From the NCBI GenBank assembly GCA_030390025.1, contig CM059432.1, positions 139,068,001-139,132,000 of the forward strand: DNA of 64,000 nucleotides. Reading direction: 5' to 3'. Both the position numbers and the translations under genes were made by a program. Numbering within the stretch: the first letter of the stretch is position 1; every line of letters begins with the position of its first letter. This DNA is from Squalus acanthias. Lineage: Eukaryota. The notes beneath the pieces are model-generated. The model did no database searches. It was not told where the DNA came from and saw nothing but the letters and a program-made list of their open reading frames with translations. Below, in pieces: positions 63,491 through 64,000 of this stretch.

Positions 63491-64000
63491 TTAAACCAGA
63501 TCTCCATGACCCAGCCTTTAAGAGAAGGATGCATTCTGAGCACAACAGATTATCGGGGTCCTTGGTGGAGCTGGCTGGAAGCTTCTCAACAAATGGCAGC
63601 TAGCATGGAGCAATCCGCCAGTCGCATGAGGAGGATACTGAGGATCAGCTTAGAGAGCCTGCAAAAACTCTTGGATAAAGGGGCAATTCTGGGGCCACAC
63701 CACCAAAAACAACTCAAACTACTGCCATCCAGGCCTATGGTTACACTTTCACTACCTCACTGGGCATGGTTAAAAATGCGCTTATCTAAATGATGTATGT
63801 GGTGGAAATGGGCTTCCATGATGTAATTGGAACCGTCAGGTCTGTACACTTGCAGGTCAGAGGGAACAGTGTCATGGATACTCCAACTAGGGTCGGCGGG
63901 GGGTGGGGCGGTGGGTGACGTGGCCATGGAAGGCGAGAGTCTCTCGCTGGACTTCCACATGACTCCTGCAACCCCATCTGTGACTGTCAAGAGCCAGGAG

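Larger units (their letters stand above)
62100..63750 (+). pseudogene. Highly degenerate relic of a second Harbinger Myb/SANT-like gene, interrupted by later insertions
   Basis: ttttacag|DKAGH...DLTPF..QAISI...GDGEVG parallels exon 2 of 52585-52744; acceptor at ~62413 followed by an S/P/T-rich frame; AFKRRM and MAASMEQS segments at ~63515-63680. Confidence 0.5.

Overview
Eukaryotic, repeat-rich vertebrate DNA; the repeat complement (CR1 and L2 LINEs, Deu-domain tRNA SINEs, Penelope-like elements, Harbinger and hAT MITEs) points to a cartilaginous fish, most likely a shark. The only host coding sequence I can support is a 115-bp minus-strand C2H2 zinc-finger exon (36049-36163) matching ZNF407, so the window appears to be that exon plus parts of its two very large flanking introns. 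No prokaryotic features, CRISPR arrays or true tRNA/rRNA genes are present. Highlights: (1) a 3.2-kb APE+RT LINE with no room for ORF1, headed by a tRNA-derived A/B-box promoter, whose sense strand has no TTTT Pol III terminator, a candidate Pol III-driven LINE; (2) Penelope-type insertions carrying minimal hammerhead ribozymes, one a very young 232-bp insert with a perfect 84-bp inverted repeat and 14-bp TSD; (3) a 3.17-kb Harbinger derivative keeping only a disrupted, spliced Myb/SANT gene; (4) a minisatellite made of ten ETS motifs; (5) a ~0.3-kb inverted duplication 15 kb apart. Repeat boundaries without a stated TSD or TIR are approximate, and family names come from motif recognition, not database searches.
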